Positions 1-9,842 of a DNA stretch of 46,216 bases are shown piece after piece. Under the pieces are notes generated by a model. The model made no database searches. It was not told the origin of the DNA and was given only the letters and a program-made list of their open reading frames with translations. The DNA comes from Thalassolituus sp. Its GTDB lineage: Bacteria; Pseudomonadota; Gammaproteobacteria; Pseudomonadales; Oceanobacteraceae. Numbering within the stretch: the stretch's first letter is position 1; each line of letters opens with the position of its first letter. The position numbers and the translations under genes are program-made. The DNA is taken from the NCBI GenBank assembly GCA_052031325.1, contig JBPEXS010000256.1:1-46216 (forward strand), written 5' to 3'.

Positions 1-34
1 TGATGAAAAGGATGTCCGGCGACAGGGTGAGTGT

Positions 35-499
35 TCAGTCCTGTTCGGCGAACAGCATCAGCATCAGCCTCACACGCTCATCGCAGGGCTGGTGTTCAAG
101 GGCATGATCCAGCTGCCAGTCACGCAGACGGGCCTCATCAGCAATGCCCTCAGAAAGATTGGCCGCTTCAATCGACATATCACGACCACAGGCATCGTAG
201 AGACGCTCAAGCAGGCGTTTTGTGCCTTCCGGGTCGTGCGTAAATACGCATGGCTGTTCCAGGTCATGTTCCAGTTCGCGTACGACGGACCAGGGGGTTT
301 CACCCAGCTGGTAGAGAGTGTGCTGACTGATACCGTGCAGATCTTCGAGGCTGTAGTCCCAGTCATCCCAGTCGTCATCTGGCTGGATCAGCACGGTTTT
401 GATACTGCCGTCTTCCAGTGACCAGGCAATGGCTACGGGGACTGCCGTGTCCTCGTAAGAGCTGGCATCAATGGCGAGAAAATGCGGGTAGCTGGCCAT
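35..499 (-). CDS. Acidic DEDDh/DnaQ-like exonuclease-fold protein, catalytic residues apparently degenerate
   Basis: 154 aa. FLAIDASS..VPVAIAW..LIQP..W..WD....LHGIS...L...G follows the DnaQ-like pattern, but ExoI DxE reads AxD and the ExoII Asp is absent. Confidence 0.6.
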   Translation of the reverse strand: MASYPHFLAIDASSYEDTAVPVAIAWSLEDGSIKTVLIQPDDDWDDWDYSLEDLHGISQHTLYQLGETPWSVVRELEHDLEQPCVFTHDPEGTKRLLERLYDACGRDMSIEAANLSEGIADEARLRDWQLDHALEHQPCDERVRLMLMLFAEQD

Positions 500-507
500 G
501 GTGTGGG

Positions 508-2319
508 TTACTCAGCAGGTTCGTCTTTGTCGGTTTCCGGGTCCTGGTTATCCAGAGACATGGACAGGGTAACAACCAGGGTGGTTGGCGTCAGCAGACG
601 GCGTTCCATTTCCCCTCTCAGGCGACTGCAGACTGCGTACTCGAGCAGACCAGAGAGAGGGTGATCGGCCAGTTCACTGCAGGCCTGCTGCAGCTGGTAG
701 GTCAGGGTGATACCCACCCGCTCAATACCGGTCGACAGTTCAGCTTCCAGAACGGAGGTGTTATTGAGTAAAGGTTCTTCCTGGATCAGCCGCTGCAGAA
801 TAAACATTCGCAGTGGCAATGCGTCAGAGACAATCAGCGACAGTGGCAGGCGGGTTTTAATTTCTGGAGAACCCGGCAGGCTGCAACCTGAAAGCCAATG
901 ATTCACGGCTTTGGCAAAATCACTGGCGCCATTCTGAGGTTCAGTGCACAGACGCAGGTATTCGGTATAGTCTTTGAGGCGTCCGGGCAGGACATCGGAA
1001 TCCGGATAAAGCGTCTGCATTTCCTGCAGTAACAGCTCTTTAAAACGCATGGAGTTCTGATGGCTGACTGAACTCTGTAAGCGCCCCAGTTCAGCAGTCA
1101 GCTGACGTATGGTATCGCGGGCTTTCTGCTGCTCCAGGTAGAGTTCTTCGGTGCGTTTTGCGACCTGTTTTTCCAGGGTGGCAGCCAGTTCCTGCGCCGT
1201 GGTGCGCGCGGTAAATTCCTTGGTTTTATCAATGATGCAGATGAGCACTTCACGCGGGCGCGACTCTGAATATTTCAGGATCTGGAAGGTTACATCAAAA
1301 TAACGTTTTTCATTGCGGAAATTGCGCAATGAAAACTCACCGTGGACACGGGGTATATGGCCGTAAAGCAGTTGCTGGATACGGTCCAGCTGCTCGGATT
1401 TCCGTTCGCCGTCGATGAGCAGCAAAAACCGCTCAATCGGATTGGTCATGGTTTCCAGCTCATGCTGAGTGGTCGACAGATGACGGGCGAAATGAATATT
1501 GCACTCAAGGTGATCGGATTCAGGATAGTAATGCGCAAAGCCGAGCATGGCATTTTCGATGGCAATGGTCAGCTGCTCCCGGGTTTCAAGCAGGTTATTC
1601 TGAACCTGCTCACGCGTACGGGTTTCTGAACTGATGGACTGACTCATGCGCTCAAGTGCCAGGGCTACCATGTCCAGTTCGTCGCAGCGCTCCCGGGCAT
1701 TGCGTAATTCCGGAATGGCATCGATGTTATCAATGCGCAATTCTTTGACCCAGTCGGCCATGACATTAAGACGGCGGATAAAAAATACCCGCACGATAAA
1801 AAGGAAAAACACGGACACGGACAGGGCTTTCACAAACTGCGTCAGCAGAATGGTGAAGGCTTTGTATTTCAGATCTTCGTACAGGCCGGAATAATCCACA
1901 TGAATGAACAGCCGACCAAGTTTGTAGTAGCGGGTGCCATTCTGGTGGGTCAGTTCAAATGAATATTCACGGCTGGCGCTCTGGTGGCTGTCACCGGCGC
2001 TCTGCAGGATGCGGTTGTTGTCGCGGATATAGACATAAACCACGCCCGGGAAATTCAGAATTCCTTCCAGCTGTGCCTCCAGCTGCTTACTGTCAAAATT
2101 CCACAGACTGTAACTGATGGATTGCTGATAACTGATTTTCAACTGCTCAAGGGTGCCATCAATGGTACGTAACCCGCGTTGATAATCGGCGTAAAGAATA
2201 TACAGAGATGCAATCAGCGACAGAATGAAGCTGAACAGCAGAAGATAAGACAGGAGACGGGTTCCGATATGGCTACGGAGTTTGATCTCATTTATTTTTC
2301 TTGTCCGTGCTGTCGGCAT
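508..2319 (-). CDS. Membrane sensor-like protein (2 TM, periplasmic domain, HAMP, PAS-like, S-helix, degenerate kinase-like C-terminus)
   Basis: 603 aa; two hydrophobic helices, HAMP-like RRL..MA..V / DEL..V..AL..M, S-helix LEKQVAKRTEEL; no recognisable H, N or G boxes. Confidence 0.6.
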   Translation of the reverse strand: MPTARTRKINEIKLRSHIGTRLLSYLLLFSFILSLIASLYILYADYQRGLRTIDGTLEQLKISYQQSISYSLWNFDSKQLEAQLEGILNFPGVVYVYIRDNNRILQSAGDSHQSASREYSFELTHQNGTRYYKLGRLFIHVDYSGLYEDLKYKAFTILLTQFVKALSVSVFFLFIVRVFFIRRLNVMADWVKELRIDNIDAIPELRNARERCDELDMVALALERMSQSISSETRTREQVQNNLLETREQLTIAIENAMLGFAHYYPESDHLECNIHFARHLSTTQHELETMTNPIERFLLLIDGERKSEQLDRIQQLLYGHIPRVHGEFSLRNFRNEKRYFDVTFQILKYSESRPREVLICIIDKTKEFTARTTAQELAATLEKQVAKRTEELYLEQQKARDTIRQLTAELGRLQSSVSHQNSMRFKELLLQEMQTLYPDSDVLPGRLKDYTEYLRLCTEPQNGASDFAKAVNHWLSGCSLPGSPEIKTRLPLSLIVSDALPLRMFILQRLIQEEPLLNNTSVLEAELSTGIERVGITLTYQLQQACSELADHPLSGLLEYAVCSRLRGEMERRLLTPTTLVVTLSMSLDNQDPETDKDEPAE

Positions 2320-2487
2320 GTTCCCTGATCACCGGAAAAATAATGGAATACTGAATACAAGGAGTCTGACGGATTCGCGTCAGCAAATGCTGTCGGCGGC
2401 TGTCGGGTGAAGTATAGCTGCTGATGGCGGAGTGTGTGTAGGGCTATTGGCGCCCAGGGACACTCTTTTGCTTCAGCAGCGGATAAA

Positions 2488-3039
2488 TCAGAGTCCGACC
2501 AGGCGCATGAATTCGCTGCGTGTGGCCTGATTGTCGCGGAATACGCCTTTCATAACCGATGTACGCATCATAGAATTCTGCTTCTGCACGCCACGCATCA
2601 TCATGCACATGTGTTGAGCCTCAATGATCACCCCAACGCCACGACAACCGGTCACCTCTTCAACGGCTTCGGCAATCTGCTTTGTCATGTTTTCCTGAAT
2701 CTGCAGGCGGCGGGCAAACATATCGACGATGCGTGCAAATTTTGACAGCCCCAGCACTTTGCCTTCAGGCAGGTAGCCAATGTGGCAGCGGCCGATGAAC
2801 GGCAGTACATGGTGCTCACACAGGGAGTAGAGCTCAATGCCCTGAACGACGACCATTTCATCGTTATCGCTGCTGAATACCGCACCGTTGACGATGTCAT
2901 CCAGGTTCGACTGGTAACCACTGGTCAGAAACTGCATGGCTTTGGCAGCACGTTTAGGGGTGTCGAGCAGGCCTTCACGACCGGTGTCTTCGCCCAGCTC
3001 GTGCAGGACATTTTTAAACAGTGATTCTAATTCAGTCAT
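2488..3039 (-). CDS. folE: GTP cyclohydrolase I
   Basis: [39 protein letters not shown] motifs. Confidence 0.97.
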   Translation of the reverse strand: MTELESLFKNVLHELGEDTGREGLLDTPKRAAKAMQFLTSGYQSNLDDIVNGAVFSSDNDEMVVVQGIELYSLCEHHVLPFIGRCHIGYLPEGKVLGLSKFARIVDMFARRLQIQENMTKQIAEAVEEVTGCRGVGVIIEAQHMCMMMRGVQKQNSMMRTSVMKGVFRDNQATRSEFMRLVGL

Positions 3040-3092
3040 AACGCTTTCTGATCGGGTTAGCGGGAAAGAGATTCTAGCGGAATTGCCGTTTC

Positions 3093-3962
3093 TTATACAG
3101 AGCTACCTGATTGTATAAGTCTGTTTTCCTGTGTGTGCAGTTGAGAGGACGATTCAAGAGGGCCCAACTTACGCAGAAAATCTTCGGCACCGGCGATGCT
3201 TAGGTGATTGATGTTGTGCTCACTGGCTGAATCCTGTGCCTCAGCCGGTGAGGTCCACCACAGGCTGCTGCTACCTTGCCCTGTGTTGTGGTCGCCCGGA
3301 TACACACGGCCCGCCTGCAATGCCACGGCCTGGCCGGAATCGATCCAGTGAATCCTGGGCCATAATTCTTCCAGTAAGGGTCTTAGCAGTGGGAAGTGGG
3401 TGCAGCCCAATACCACATGGGTCATCAGCGGGTATTGCTGTAGCCAGTCATGCAACACAGACGTCAGATCGGCGCGGATATCTCTGCCACTGATCCAGTC
3501 CTCACTCAGCTGCACCAGTTCGCTGCTGCCCAGCCTGTGTACTGTGCAGTGCGGTGCAAAATCGCGGATCAGTCGTTCGGTGTAGACGCGGTTGACCGTG
3601 GCCGGGGTCGCCAGAAGGCCAATTTCAGCATGTTCGGAATCTGGGTACTGATCAGCAGCGACTTTAATAGCCGGTACAACACCGACGACGGGGATGGACA
3701 GGTTGGCGCGCAATGCTTCAAGCGCCAGGGTGCTGGCGGTGTTACAGGCCAGAACCAGCAGGTCTGGTTGTAAGCGCCTGACACTGGTACAGCAGAGGCT
3801 GACGATCCGTTGCTGCAGATCGTCATCATTACGGGTGCCATAGGGAAACCACTCGCAGTCCATCAGGTAATGCAGATGTGTCGTCGGAAACTGTTTACGG
3901 ATCTCACTGAGAATACTCAGGCCACCGACACCAGAATCAAAGATCAGAATGGAGTGCTTCAT
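3093..3962 (-). CDS. murI: Glutamate racemase
   Basis: [15 protein letters not shown] and LGCTHFP (both catalytic Cys), IDSG. Confidence 0.96.
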   Translation of the reverse strand: MKHSILIFDSGVGGLSILSEIRKQFPTTHLHYLMDCEWFPYGTRNDDDLQQRIVSLCCTSVRRLQPDLLVLACNTASTLALEALRANLSIPVVGVVPAIKVAADQYPDSEHAEIGLLATPATVNRVYTERLIRDFAPHCTVHRLGSSELVQLSEDWISGRDIRADLTSVLHDWLQQYPLMTHVVLGCTHFPLLRPLLEELWPRIHWIDSGQAVALQAGRVYPGDHNTGQGSSSLWWTSPAEAQDSASEHNINHLSIAGAEDFLRKLGPLESSSQLHTQENRLIQSGSSV

Positions 3963-4024
3963 ACCAGGGAAGTAAGACTGCAGAAGGCTGCAGTCTATCA
4001 GAATGCCCCGGCTGAATCAGGTTA

Positions 4025-4606
4025 TCAGGATTCCGTCAGAACCAGATTGAAGACAACGGGAACGGTCGTCGAGATGCTGTCCAGACCGGCAACCTGACGT
4101 AGTGCTTCGACGCCGCTTTCGAGGCCAAAGTCTGCCGCCTTGATCAGGACTGGAGTGGTGGTGCTGATCACCACCTGGCCGTCAGACGTGGACATTACCA
4201 GAACAGAGGCGGTAACGGCTTTACTGATGCCATGCAGGTTCAGGGTCATGTCGACCTCGGTTTCTGCCATGCCGCCGCTTTTCACCGATTCGATCAGGGG
4301 GCTGGGGATACTGGCACTGACCCTGGCTTCGCCAAACTTCATGGTCTCGAACAGGAGTTTCTGCATACGTTCATTACGGATAGGGATACCCGTTTCAACA
4401 CTGCTCAGGTCGATAGTGAAGCTGGCAGTGCCGTTGTCAGAAATACTGCCACTGATGTCAGTAAACTCGTGAATCTCTGTGATGTTGGCTTTTTTGGTCG
4501 AAAGGAAGTGCAGGCTGGAATCACCCGTCAGTTGCCAGTCGGCCTGGGCAGGCAGGCTCAGAGCGAGGGTTGCCAGAGCAGCAGATGCAATACGCGCGGT
4601 TTTCAT
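4025..4606 (-). CDS. YceI-family periplasmic polyisoprenoid-binding protein
   Basis: Start moved to ATG 4606 (GGAGG SD upstream); signal peptide ending AQA; IDLSSVETGIPIRNERM and LNLHGISK motifs. Confidence 0.88.
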   Translation of the reverse strand: MKTARIASAALATLALSLPAQADWQLTGDSSLHFLSTKKANITEIHEFTDISGSISDNGTASFTIDLSSVETGIPIRNERMQKLLFETMKFGEARVSASIPSPLIESVKSGGMAETEVDMTLNLHGISKAVTASVLVMSTSDGQVVISTTTPVLIKAADFGLESGVEALRQVAGLDSISTTVPVVFNLVLTES

Positions 4607-4653
4607 TGTGTTTCCTCCGGTGGTGTTGTGTGACAGGCTTGGCCAGGGCAGCT

Positions 4654-5199
4654 TCACTGCAATAATGTCACCTGTGGAAATCTGTACTCAACCAGCCAGT
4701 GAAGTTCCCGTTCAATGGCGGGTTTGTTGGCTTCTTCCAGCTGAAAGCGTTTCTTGTCCAGGGCAAACTGCTGTTTTGGGGTCAGCGCCCGGTATGCATC
4801 AAGAATGGGCATATCGCGTATGTCGTTATGGTGCTCCCGCAGGGTGGTCAGCTCATGACGTTGCCATACATCGGCATCCAGACCACGCAGCAGGTATTCG
4901 AGGCGCAGAACGCCTTCGCTGATGTCACACTGCTCCTGCAATACTGAGCGGGCAATAAAGCGGATATCTTTCACCAGTTCTTCCTGATGCTGACGCAGTT
5001 GCAGTTCCGCAGCGGCCTCTTCCTGTTGCTGAAGTTTTTCCTGTTCGCGGACTTTACGTAGCAGGTAAACCGCGTACCCGGCGAGTAGTGCAATAATCAG
5101 GGCGGCGAGAACAATGAGAATCAGAGTGAGGCTTGGCAAAGCAGTCTCCACAGTCGGTTGGATTTTGCGAATGATACCGTCACTCGTTGTGACTCCCAA
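4654..5199 (-). CDS. DUF2489-like single-pass membrane protein
   Basis: N-terminal TM helix, coiled coil, QCDISEGVLRL and MPILDAYRAL motifs; true start may be GTG 5151. Confidence 0.75.
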   Translation of the reverse strand: MGVTTSDGIIRKIQPTVETALPSLTLILIVLAALIIALLAGYAVYLLRKVREQEKLQQQEEAAAELQLRQHQEELVKDIRFIARSVLQEQCDISEGVLRLEYLLRGLDADVWQRHELTTLREHHNDIRDMPILDAYRALTPKQQFALDKKRFQLEEANKPAIERELHWLVEYRFPQVTLLQ

Positions 5200-5360
5200 G
5201 TCAGAGAGACGTTCAACTCTGTATGTGGCCGAGCGCTTCTGGAGGGCTGGCTGTTGAGGGGATTAAGATCTGGCTTATTCGGCTCTTATTCCGGTCTTAG
5301 TCGGGTGTTACAAATGACAGGCCTGACTGGAAAATCCAGCAAAATGAGTTAGGCTGAAAG

Positions 5361-5840
5361 GTGATGAAGAATAAGGATAACTCCATGCTGCTCAACAATC
5401 GCTGGGTCAGGGCGTCCGGAAGCCTGCAGGACAAACCCATCAGTATTCAGTTCCGCGAAGACTGGCCACTGGCCAGAGACCATGGTGATTACACATTATG
5501 TGTACAGATTGCCTGGCACGCCCAATCCCTGGATGACAGTACAGGTTTTCCGGCCGCCGCCGAGCAGGCGCGGATCGTGGCGTTTACAGAGCAGTTGCAG
5601 GCCCGGTTAGAACCGGACGAAGGCAGTTTTGTGGTGATGATGATTACCCACAGCGGTATTAATCAGTGGATTATTTACACCCGGGATCTGGACACCCTGC
5701 GTGCAGGTCTCGACAGTATGCCGGTAGAAGATGGGCTTTATCCGATTGAAGTGGTTGCTGATGAAGACCCTGCATGGCAGACCTTTCAGCAGGTACACGA
5801 ACGCATTGATCCGGCCACGACCAGCTCAAGCTCAGAGTAA
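5361..5840 (+). CDS. DUF695-like protein
   Basis: G(F)P...E motif, ITHSGINQWIIY, terminal DPAW..F; likely start ATG 5385 after AAGGA. Confidence 0.65.
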   Translation: MMKNKDNSMLLNNRWVRASGSLQDKPISIQFREDWPLARDHGDYTLCVQIAWHAQSLDDSTGFPAAAEQARIVAFTEQLQARLEPDEGSFVVMMITHSGINQWIIYTRDLDTLRAGLDSMPVEDGLYPIEVVADEDPAWQTFQQVHERIDPATTSSSSE

Positions 5841-5849
5841 AGTTCTGCC

Positions 5850-6764
5850 TCAGCTCTTATCGGAGGGAGAAGCATCTGAGCTTTGTTCAGCGGCTCTGGC
5901 GGCTTCTTCCGCCATAGCCTGTTCTTCAGCCTGAACCATGTCTGGTGTTTCCAGAGAAATGCGGCCAATCTTGCCTGAGCGCATTTCGTGCAGCACCAGC
6001 TCCGCCGCTTTGTGGCGGTCAATTACCCCTCCGGGGCGCAGGCATCCACGCCGGCGACCGATCTCATCCAGTGCCTCCACACCACTTTCCGGCAGGGCTT
6101 TGAGTTTAAAGCGTTCGCTGAGACCTTTGGGGTAGCACTCCAGCAGATAACCCAGAGTAAACTGAGCAACGTCCGTGTATTCCATCGCGGTATCGCGCAC
6201 AGCACCGCTTGCCGCCAGCCGGTAACCGCTGAGCGGGTTTCCGATTTTAGGCCAGAGAATTCCCGGGGTGTCGGAAAGCACGATGCCGTTTTTCAGATCA
6301 ATCATCTGATTGGCTTTGGTGACTGCCGGTTCATTACCGGTTTTCGCCAGCTGGCGTCCGGCCAGGCTGTTGATCAGTGTTGATTTGCCGACGTTCGGAA
6401 TACCCATGATCATGACCCGTACCGCGCGTTTCTTCTCCAGCTTGGCCTCACCAATCTGTCGGATCAGCTGCGTCAGTTGTTTGATCTGACGACGCTCTTC
6501 GGCGATCAGGGGAATCACCCGCACGTTGTCACCCGTACTGAGATAATCACACCAGAGGCGGGTGGTTTCGGGGTCTGCCAGATCCGACTTATTGAGCAGA
6601 CGGATAACCGGCTTGTCACCGCGCAATTCATCCACCAGTGGGTTGCTGCTGGAGTAGGGCAGGCGGGCGTCGAGCACTTCCAGCACCAGATCAATTTCCG
6701 GCATGGCCTCACTGATTTTTTTCCGGGCTTTGTTCATATGTCCCGGGAACCATTGAATGGCCAT
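5850..6764 (-). CDS. rbgA: Ribosome biogenesis GTPase YlqF/RbgA
   Basis: MAIQWFPGHMNKA N-terminus; circularly permuted G motifs NKSD, GIPNVGKS, DTPG. Confidence 0.95.
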   Translation of the reverse strand: MAIQWFPGHMNKARKKISEAMPEIDLVLEVLDARLPYSSSNPLVDELRGDKPVIRLLNKSDLADPETTRLWCDYLSTGDNVRVIPLIAEERRQIKQLTQLIRQIGEAKLEKKRAVRVMIMGIPNVGKSTLINSLAGRQLAKTGNEPAVTKANQMIDLKNGIVLSDTPGILWPKIGNPLSGYRLAASGAVRDTAMEYTDVAQFTLGYLLECYPKGLSERFKLKALPESGVEALDEIGRRRGCLRPGGVIDRHKAAELVLHEMRSGKIGRISLETPDMVQAEEQAMAEEAARAAEQSSDASPSDKS

Positions 6765-6915
6765 TCTCTTGCCTCTTGCTGTCTCTGAAGTGTCTTACCC
6801 GGTGAACGGGCTGCGCAGGCGCACATGATACCCAGACCCTCGCCGAAACAAAATTGTCACGGTCTCTGTTTTAAGCTGTTGAGCGTTGTGAATCTGATCA
6901 GCCAGGAAGATGTGT

Positions 6916-7107
6916 ATGGATCTCGTCCCTTCTGAACGTATCAACGCAGCCCTGATTCAGGGGCGTCATGCCTCAGCCACCGTATCCGGGCGTCGCCGCA
7001 GTGGTTTACTGCTGGGCAACCGTTTTTTATTTTCTGACAAAGCCGGATTGATGTGGATGCAGGCTGAGCCCGGCGAATTCCGGGGTTTACGGATCTGGCG
7101 TAAATAA
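6916..7107 (+). CDS. Small hypothetical protein (~63 aa)
   Basis: AGGAAG SD before ATG 6916 (ORF track starts 6910); fills the gap between rbgA and bolA; hairpin follows downstream. Confidence 0.5.
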   Translation: MDLVPSERINAALIQGRHASATVSGRRRSGLLLGNRFLFSDKAGLMWMQAEPGEFRGLRIWRK

Positions 7108-7209
7108 TCAGCAGGTGCTGGTGTCCCAGTCTCAGACTGTAGCCTGAGTCAAAGACGGCTGTGTGAGTCACAGGCTGTTGCTTGTGTCAGAGACTGCTGA
7201 GTGAATCAT

Positions 7210-7232
7210 AGGCAACCCGTTACGGGTTGTTT
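7210..7232 (+). terminator. Hairpin / probable intrinsic terminator upstream of bolA
   Basis: AGGCAACCCG-TTA-CGGGTTGTTT; overlaps a TATAGT -10-like hexamer at 7232-7237. Confidence 0.45.
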
Positions 7233-7264
7233 ATAGTGGTCTGACATAACAGGAGGACCCACTC

Positions 7265-7576
7265 ATGAGCACAACTGACGATCGTATTCAGGCTGGCCTG
7301 CAGAGCCTGAACCCGGTATTTCTGCAGCTGGAAAATGAAAGCCATATGCACGCTGGCCCCGCCACGGACTCTCACTATAAAGTGACTCTGGTATCAGACA
7401 CCTTCGAAGGCAAAGGTCTGGTTGCCCGTCATCAGTCGGTGTATGGCCTGCTCAAAGAAGAAATGCAGGGGCCGGTACACGCCTTGGCACTGCATCTGTT
7501 CACCCCGGCCGAGTGGGAAAATACCCAGGCAGTGCCTGAGTCTCCGCAATGCATGGGAGGCAGCAAGGGTGACTGA
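7265..7576 (+). CDS. bolA: BolA family protein
   Basis: ENESHMH, HYKVTLVSDTFEG, RHQSVY, HALALH, SPQCMGG; AGGAGG SD. Confidence 0.92.
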   Translation: MSTTDDRIQAGLQSLNPVFLQLENESHMHAGPATDSHYKVTLVSDTFEGKGLVARHQSVYGLLKEEMQGPVHALALHLFTPAEWENTQAVPESPQCMGGSKGD

Positions 7577-8246
7577 CACCTTGAAAGTTTTTGCGACTCT
7601 GATCGTGAGCCTGTCGATGTTGAGTCTGTCACTGCTGCCACAGACGGTGTCTGCCAGTGACTGGCAGGAAGTACGTTACGACAAGGATGAAGACATCCGG
7701 GTGTATACCCGCAAAGTGAAAGGCTCTGATTTTAAGGCCTTCCGCGCGGTAACCAGGGTCAACAGTACCCTCACCGGGCTGGTGGCGCTGCTTGAAGACG
7801 CTGACGTTGCCAAAGACTGGGTATTCAAATGCCGTCGTATGGAGCTGATTGAGTCTGTCAGCCCCACCCAGTCTTACTATTACATGATCACGGACATGCC
7901 CTGGCCAGTGAAGAACCGTGACAGCGTGAGTCTTGCAACCGTCACTCAGAATGCTGACACCGGGCAGATACGTGTGGACATCACCGCAGCCAATGATATT
8001 AAAAAGTCGAAAAAAGGTTATGTCCGCATCCATGAGATGACCGGCTACTGGCTGTTTACACCTCTGGAGGCTGGCCTGGTCGAGGTCATTTACGAAGCCC
8101 ATGCGGATCCCGGCGGTGGCTTACCGTCCTGGCTGGTGAACAGTTTTGTCGTTGATGCACCCCTCAATACCCTGCGTGGACTGCGCGAAAAAATCGGCAA
8201 CGAGGCGTATCAGTCTGCCCGACGGGAATATATTGGCGAAATCTAA
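7569..8246 (+). CDS. Secreted START/SRPBCC lipid-binding domain protein
   Basis: GTG 7569 overlaps the bolA stop; signal peptide; MPWPVKNRD and DPGGGLPSWLVN START motifs. Confidence 0.85.
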   Translation: MTDTLKVFATLIVSLSMLSLSLLPQTVSASDWQEVRYDKDEDIRVYTRKVKGSDFKAFRAVTRVNSTLTGLVALLEDADVAKDWVFKCRRMELIESVSPTQSYYYMITDMPWPVKNRDSVSLATVTQNADTGQIRVDITAANDIKKSKKGYVRIHEMTGYWLFTPLEAGLVEVIYEAHADPGGGLPSWLVNSFVVDAPLNTLRGLREKIGNEAYQSARREYIGEI

Positions 8247-8275
8247 CCTACTGATTTTTAAACGATTAGTGGGTT

Positions 8276-8309
8276 GTGTCATAATATTGTAACTTCGGGT
8301 GACTAATTT
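8276..8309 (+). promoter_or_regulatory. Pho box plus -10 element
   Basis: GTGTCAT-AATA-TTGTAAC (8276-8293) matches CTGTCAT-N4-CTGTMAY; TAATTT lies exactly 10 bp downstream. Confidence 0.75.
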
Positions 8310-8336
8310 ACCCGGTCCGGAAATTGGGTAGTTATC

Positions 8337-9701
8337 ATGAAGTTACACCTTGTCAGTTTTTTCCTGTTTGCATGCCTCAGTGCCAGTTCTGTTTTCGCTG
8401 ATACCCCTTTCGCTGACCTCAGGGCTGGTGTGTCTCATCATCTTTTCCGAATCGATGGTTCTAACACCATAGGTGCTGAACTGGCGCCCGCACTCGTGAT
8501 GGCCTGGATGAAAGAGCAGGGTGTTGTGGGTGTTGGTATCAGCTCAGGTGAACGCGAGAACGAAGTCCGGCTGCGTGGTTTTCACCCGGATTCCGGCGTT
8601 GAAGTGTCGGTTGATGTTGCGGCTCATGGTTCCAGCACCGGCTTTAAAGCGCTGGCAGCTGAGAAAACGGACATCGCTGCAGCCTCACGTCCGGTCAAAC
8701 CGAAAGAAGCAAACCCCAAACCTGGGGTTAACCTCAACGATCTGTCCAGCGAGCACATTGTCGGTATCGACGGTCTGGCGATTGTGGTACACCCCGCGAA
8801 TCCCCTGACGTCGCTGAGTGTTGAGCAGTTAAGGGCCATTTTCAGCGGTCGCATCCGTGACTGGTCAGAAGTGAGCCTTGCACCGGGACCGATAAAAGTG
8901 CTGGCGCGCGATGAAAACTCAGGTACGTGGGACAGCTTTGAGAGCATGGTCCTGGGGGATGCGAGCCTGCGCGCGGATGCTGAGCGTTTTGAATCCAACA
9001 ACAACCTGTCTGATCAGGTCGCCGCGACGCCGGGGGCGATCGGTTTTGTCGGTCTCTCTGCCGTTCGTGATGCCAAACTGCTCGCGGTATCTGCGGGTGA
9101 TGTTATGGCTATGGTCCCCGATAAACTGACTGTGGCGACCGAAGATTACCCGCTTTCCCGCCGACTCTATATGTACACCGCCGGTGTCTCACAGAATCCG
9201 TTCGCCCGCGATTTTCTCCATTTTGTTGGCCGTGAAGGTCAGAGGCTGGTGGATCAGGTTGGATTTGTGTCGCAGGACGTGCGGGCGGTCATGCCTGAAA
9301 ACTACAACCGCCTGCCGGAGAGCTTCCGAAGTATGACCTCCGATGCGCAGCGACTGAGTGTAAACTTCCGCTTTCAGCAGGGCAGTGCCACTCTGGATAA
9401 CAAAGCGCTGCGGGATCTGGAGCGACTGGTGGAATTTGTTAAGCAGAATCCCGGTGCCGAAGTGATGTTGTTTGGCTTCGGCGACGAGAGTGTCTCTGAG
9501 ATCCGCACGGAGTTGCTGTCGAAGCACCGGGCGATGTCGGTTGCTCGGGCATTGCGACGCGAAGGTGTTTTCCCGGATCTCGCCGCAGGTCTGGGCTCTG
9601 ATCTCCCGGTATCCGGCGTCACGGACACCGAAGGTAAGCTTAAAAACCAACGGGTTGAAGCCTGGGTGCGCATGCCGCCTCAGATCGCCGACGGCGAATA
9701 A
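8337..9701 (+). CDS. PstS-like phosphate-binding protein fused to C-terminal OmpA-like domain
   Basis: Signal peptide; GSNTIG, HGSSTG, AASR, RDENSGT, YPLSRRL; C-terminal LSKHRAMSV..L and NQRVE OmpA motifs. Confidence 0.88.
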   Translation: MKLHLVSFFLFACLSASSVFADTPFADLRAGVSHHLFRIDGSNTIGAELAPALVMAWMKEQGVVGVGISSGERENEVRLRGFHPDSGVEVSVDVAAHGSSTGFKALAAEKTDIAAASRPVKPKEANPKPGVNLNDLSSEHIVGIDGLAIVVHPANPLTSLSVEQLRAIFSGRIRDWSEVSLAPGPIKVLARDENSGTWDSFESMVLGDASLRADAERFESNNNLSDQVAATPGAIGFVGLSAVRDAKLLAVSAGDVMAMVPDKLTVATEDYPLSRRLYMYTAGVSQNPFARDFLHFVGREGQRLVDQVGFVSQDVRAVMPENYNRLPESFRSMTSDAQRLSVNFRFQQGSATLDNKALRDLERLVEFVKQNPGAEVMLFGFGDESVSEIRTELLSKHRAMSVARALRREGVFPDLAAGLGSDLPVSGVTDTEGKLKNQRVEAWVRMPPQIADGE

Positions 9702-9706
9702 CTCTC

Positions 9707-9743
9707 TCAGGGGTGCCCGGTCGCCCCTGAACTTCTCTCTTTC
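9707..9743 (+). terminator. Hairpin after the PstS-OmpA gene
   Basis: TCAGGGG...CCCCTGA stem followed by a pyrimidine tract. Confidence 0.4.
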
Positions 9744-9780
9744 CTGTTTCATGTCCGACGCTTATCGAATGCTTGATTTA

Positions 9781-9797
9781 CTGGCATAGAAGCTGCA
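9781..9797 (+). promoter_or_regulatory. sigma54 (-24/-12) promoter of the urease operon
   Basis: CTGGCATAGAAGCTGCA: GG-N10-GC with TGGCA and TGCA, ~45 bp upstream of ureD. Confidence 0.75.
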
Positions 9798-9842
9798 GTG
9801 TTTTGAAATCCTTAGATTTATTCGATTGAGGTCCTGCGCTTT

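Noticed and set aside
6855-6875. Second Pho box (TTGTCAC...CTGTTT)
   Set aside because: Wrong half-site spacing and a poor second half
7422-7568. Longer N-terminus of the START protein in the ORF track
   Set aside because: It overlaps bolA extensively; GTG 7569 gives a proper signal peptide
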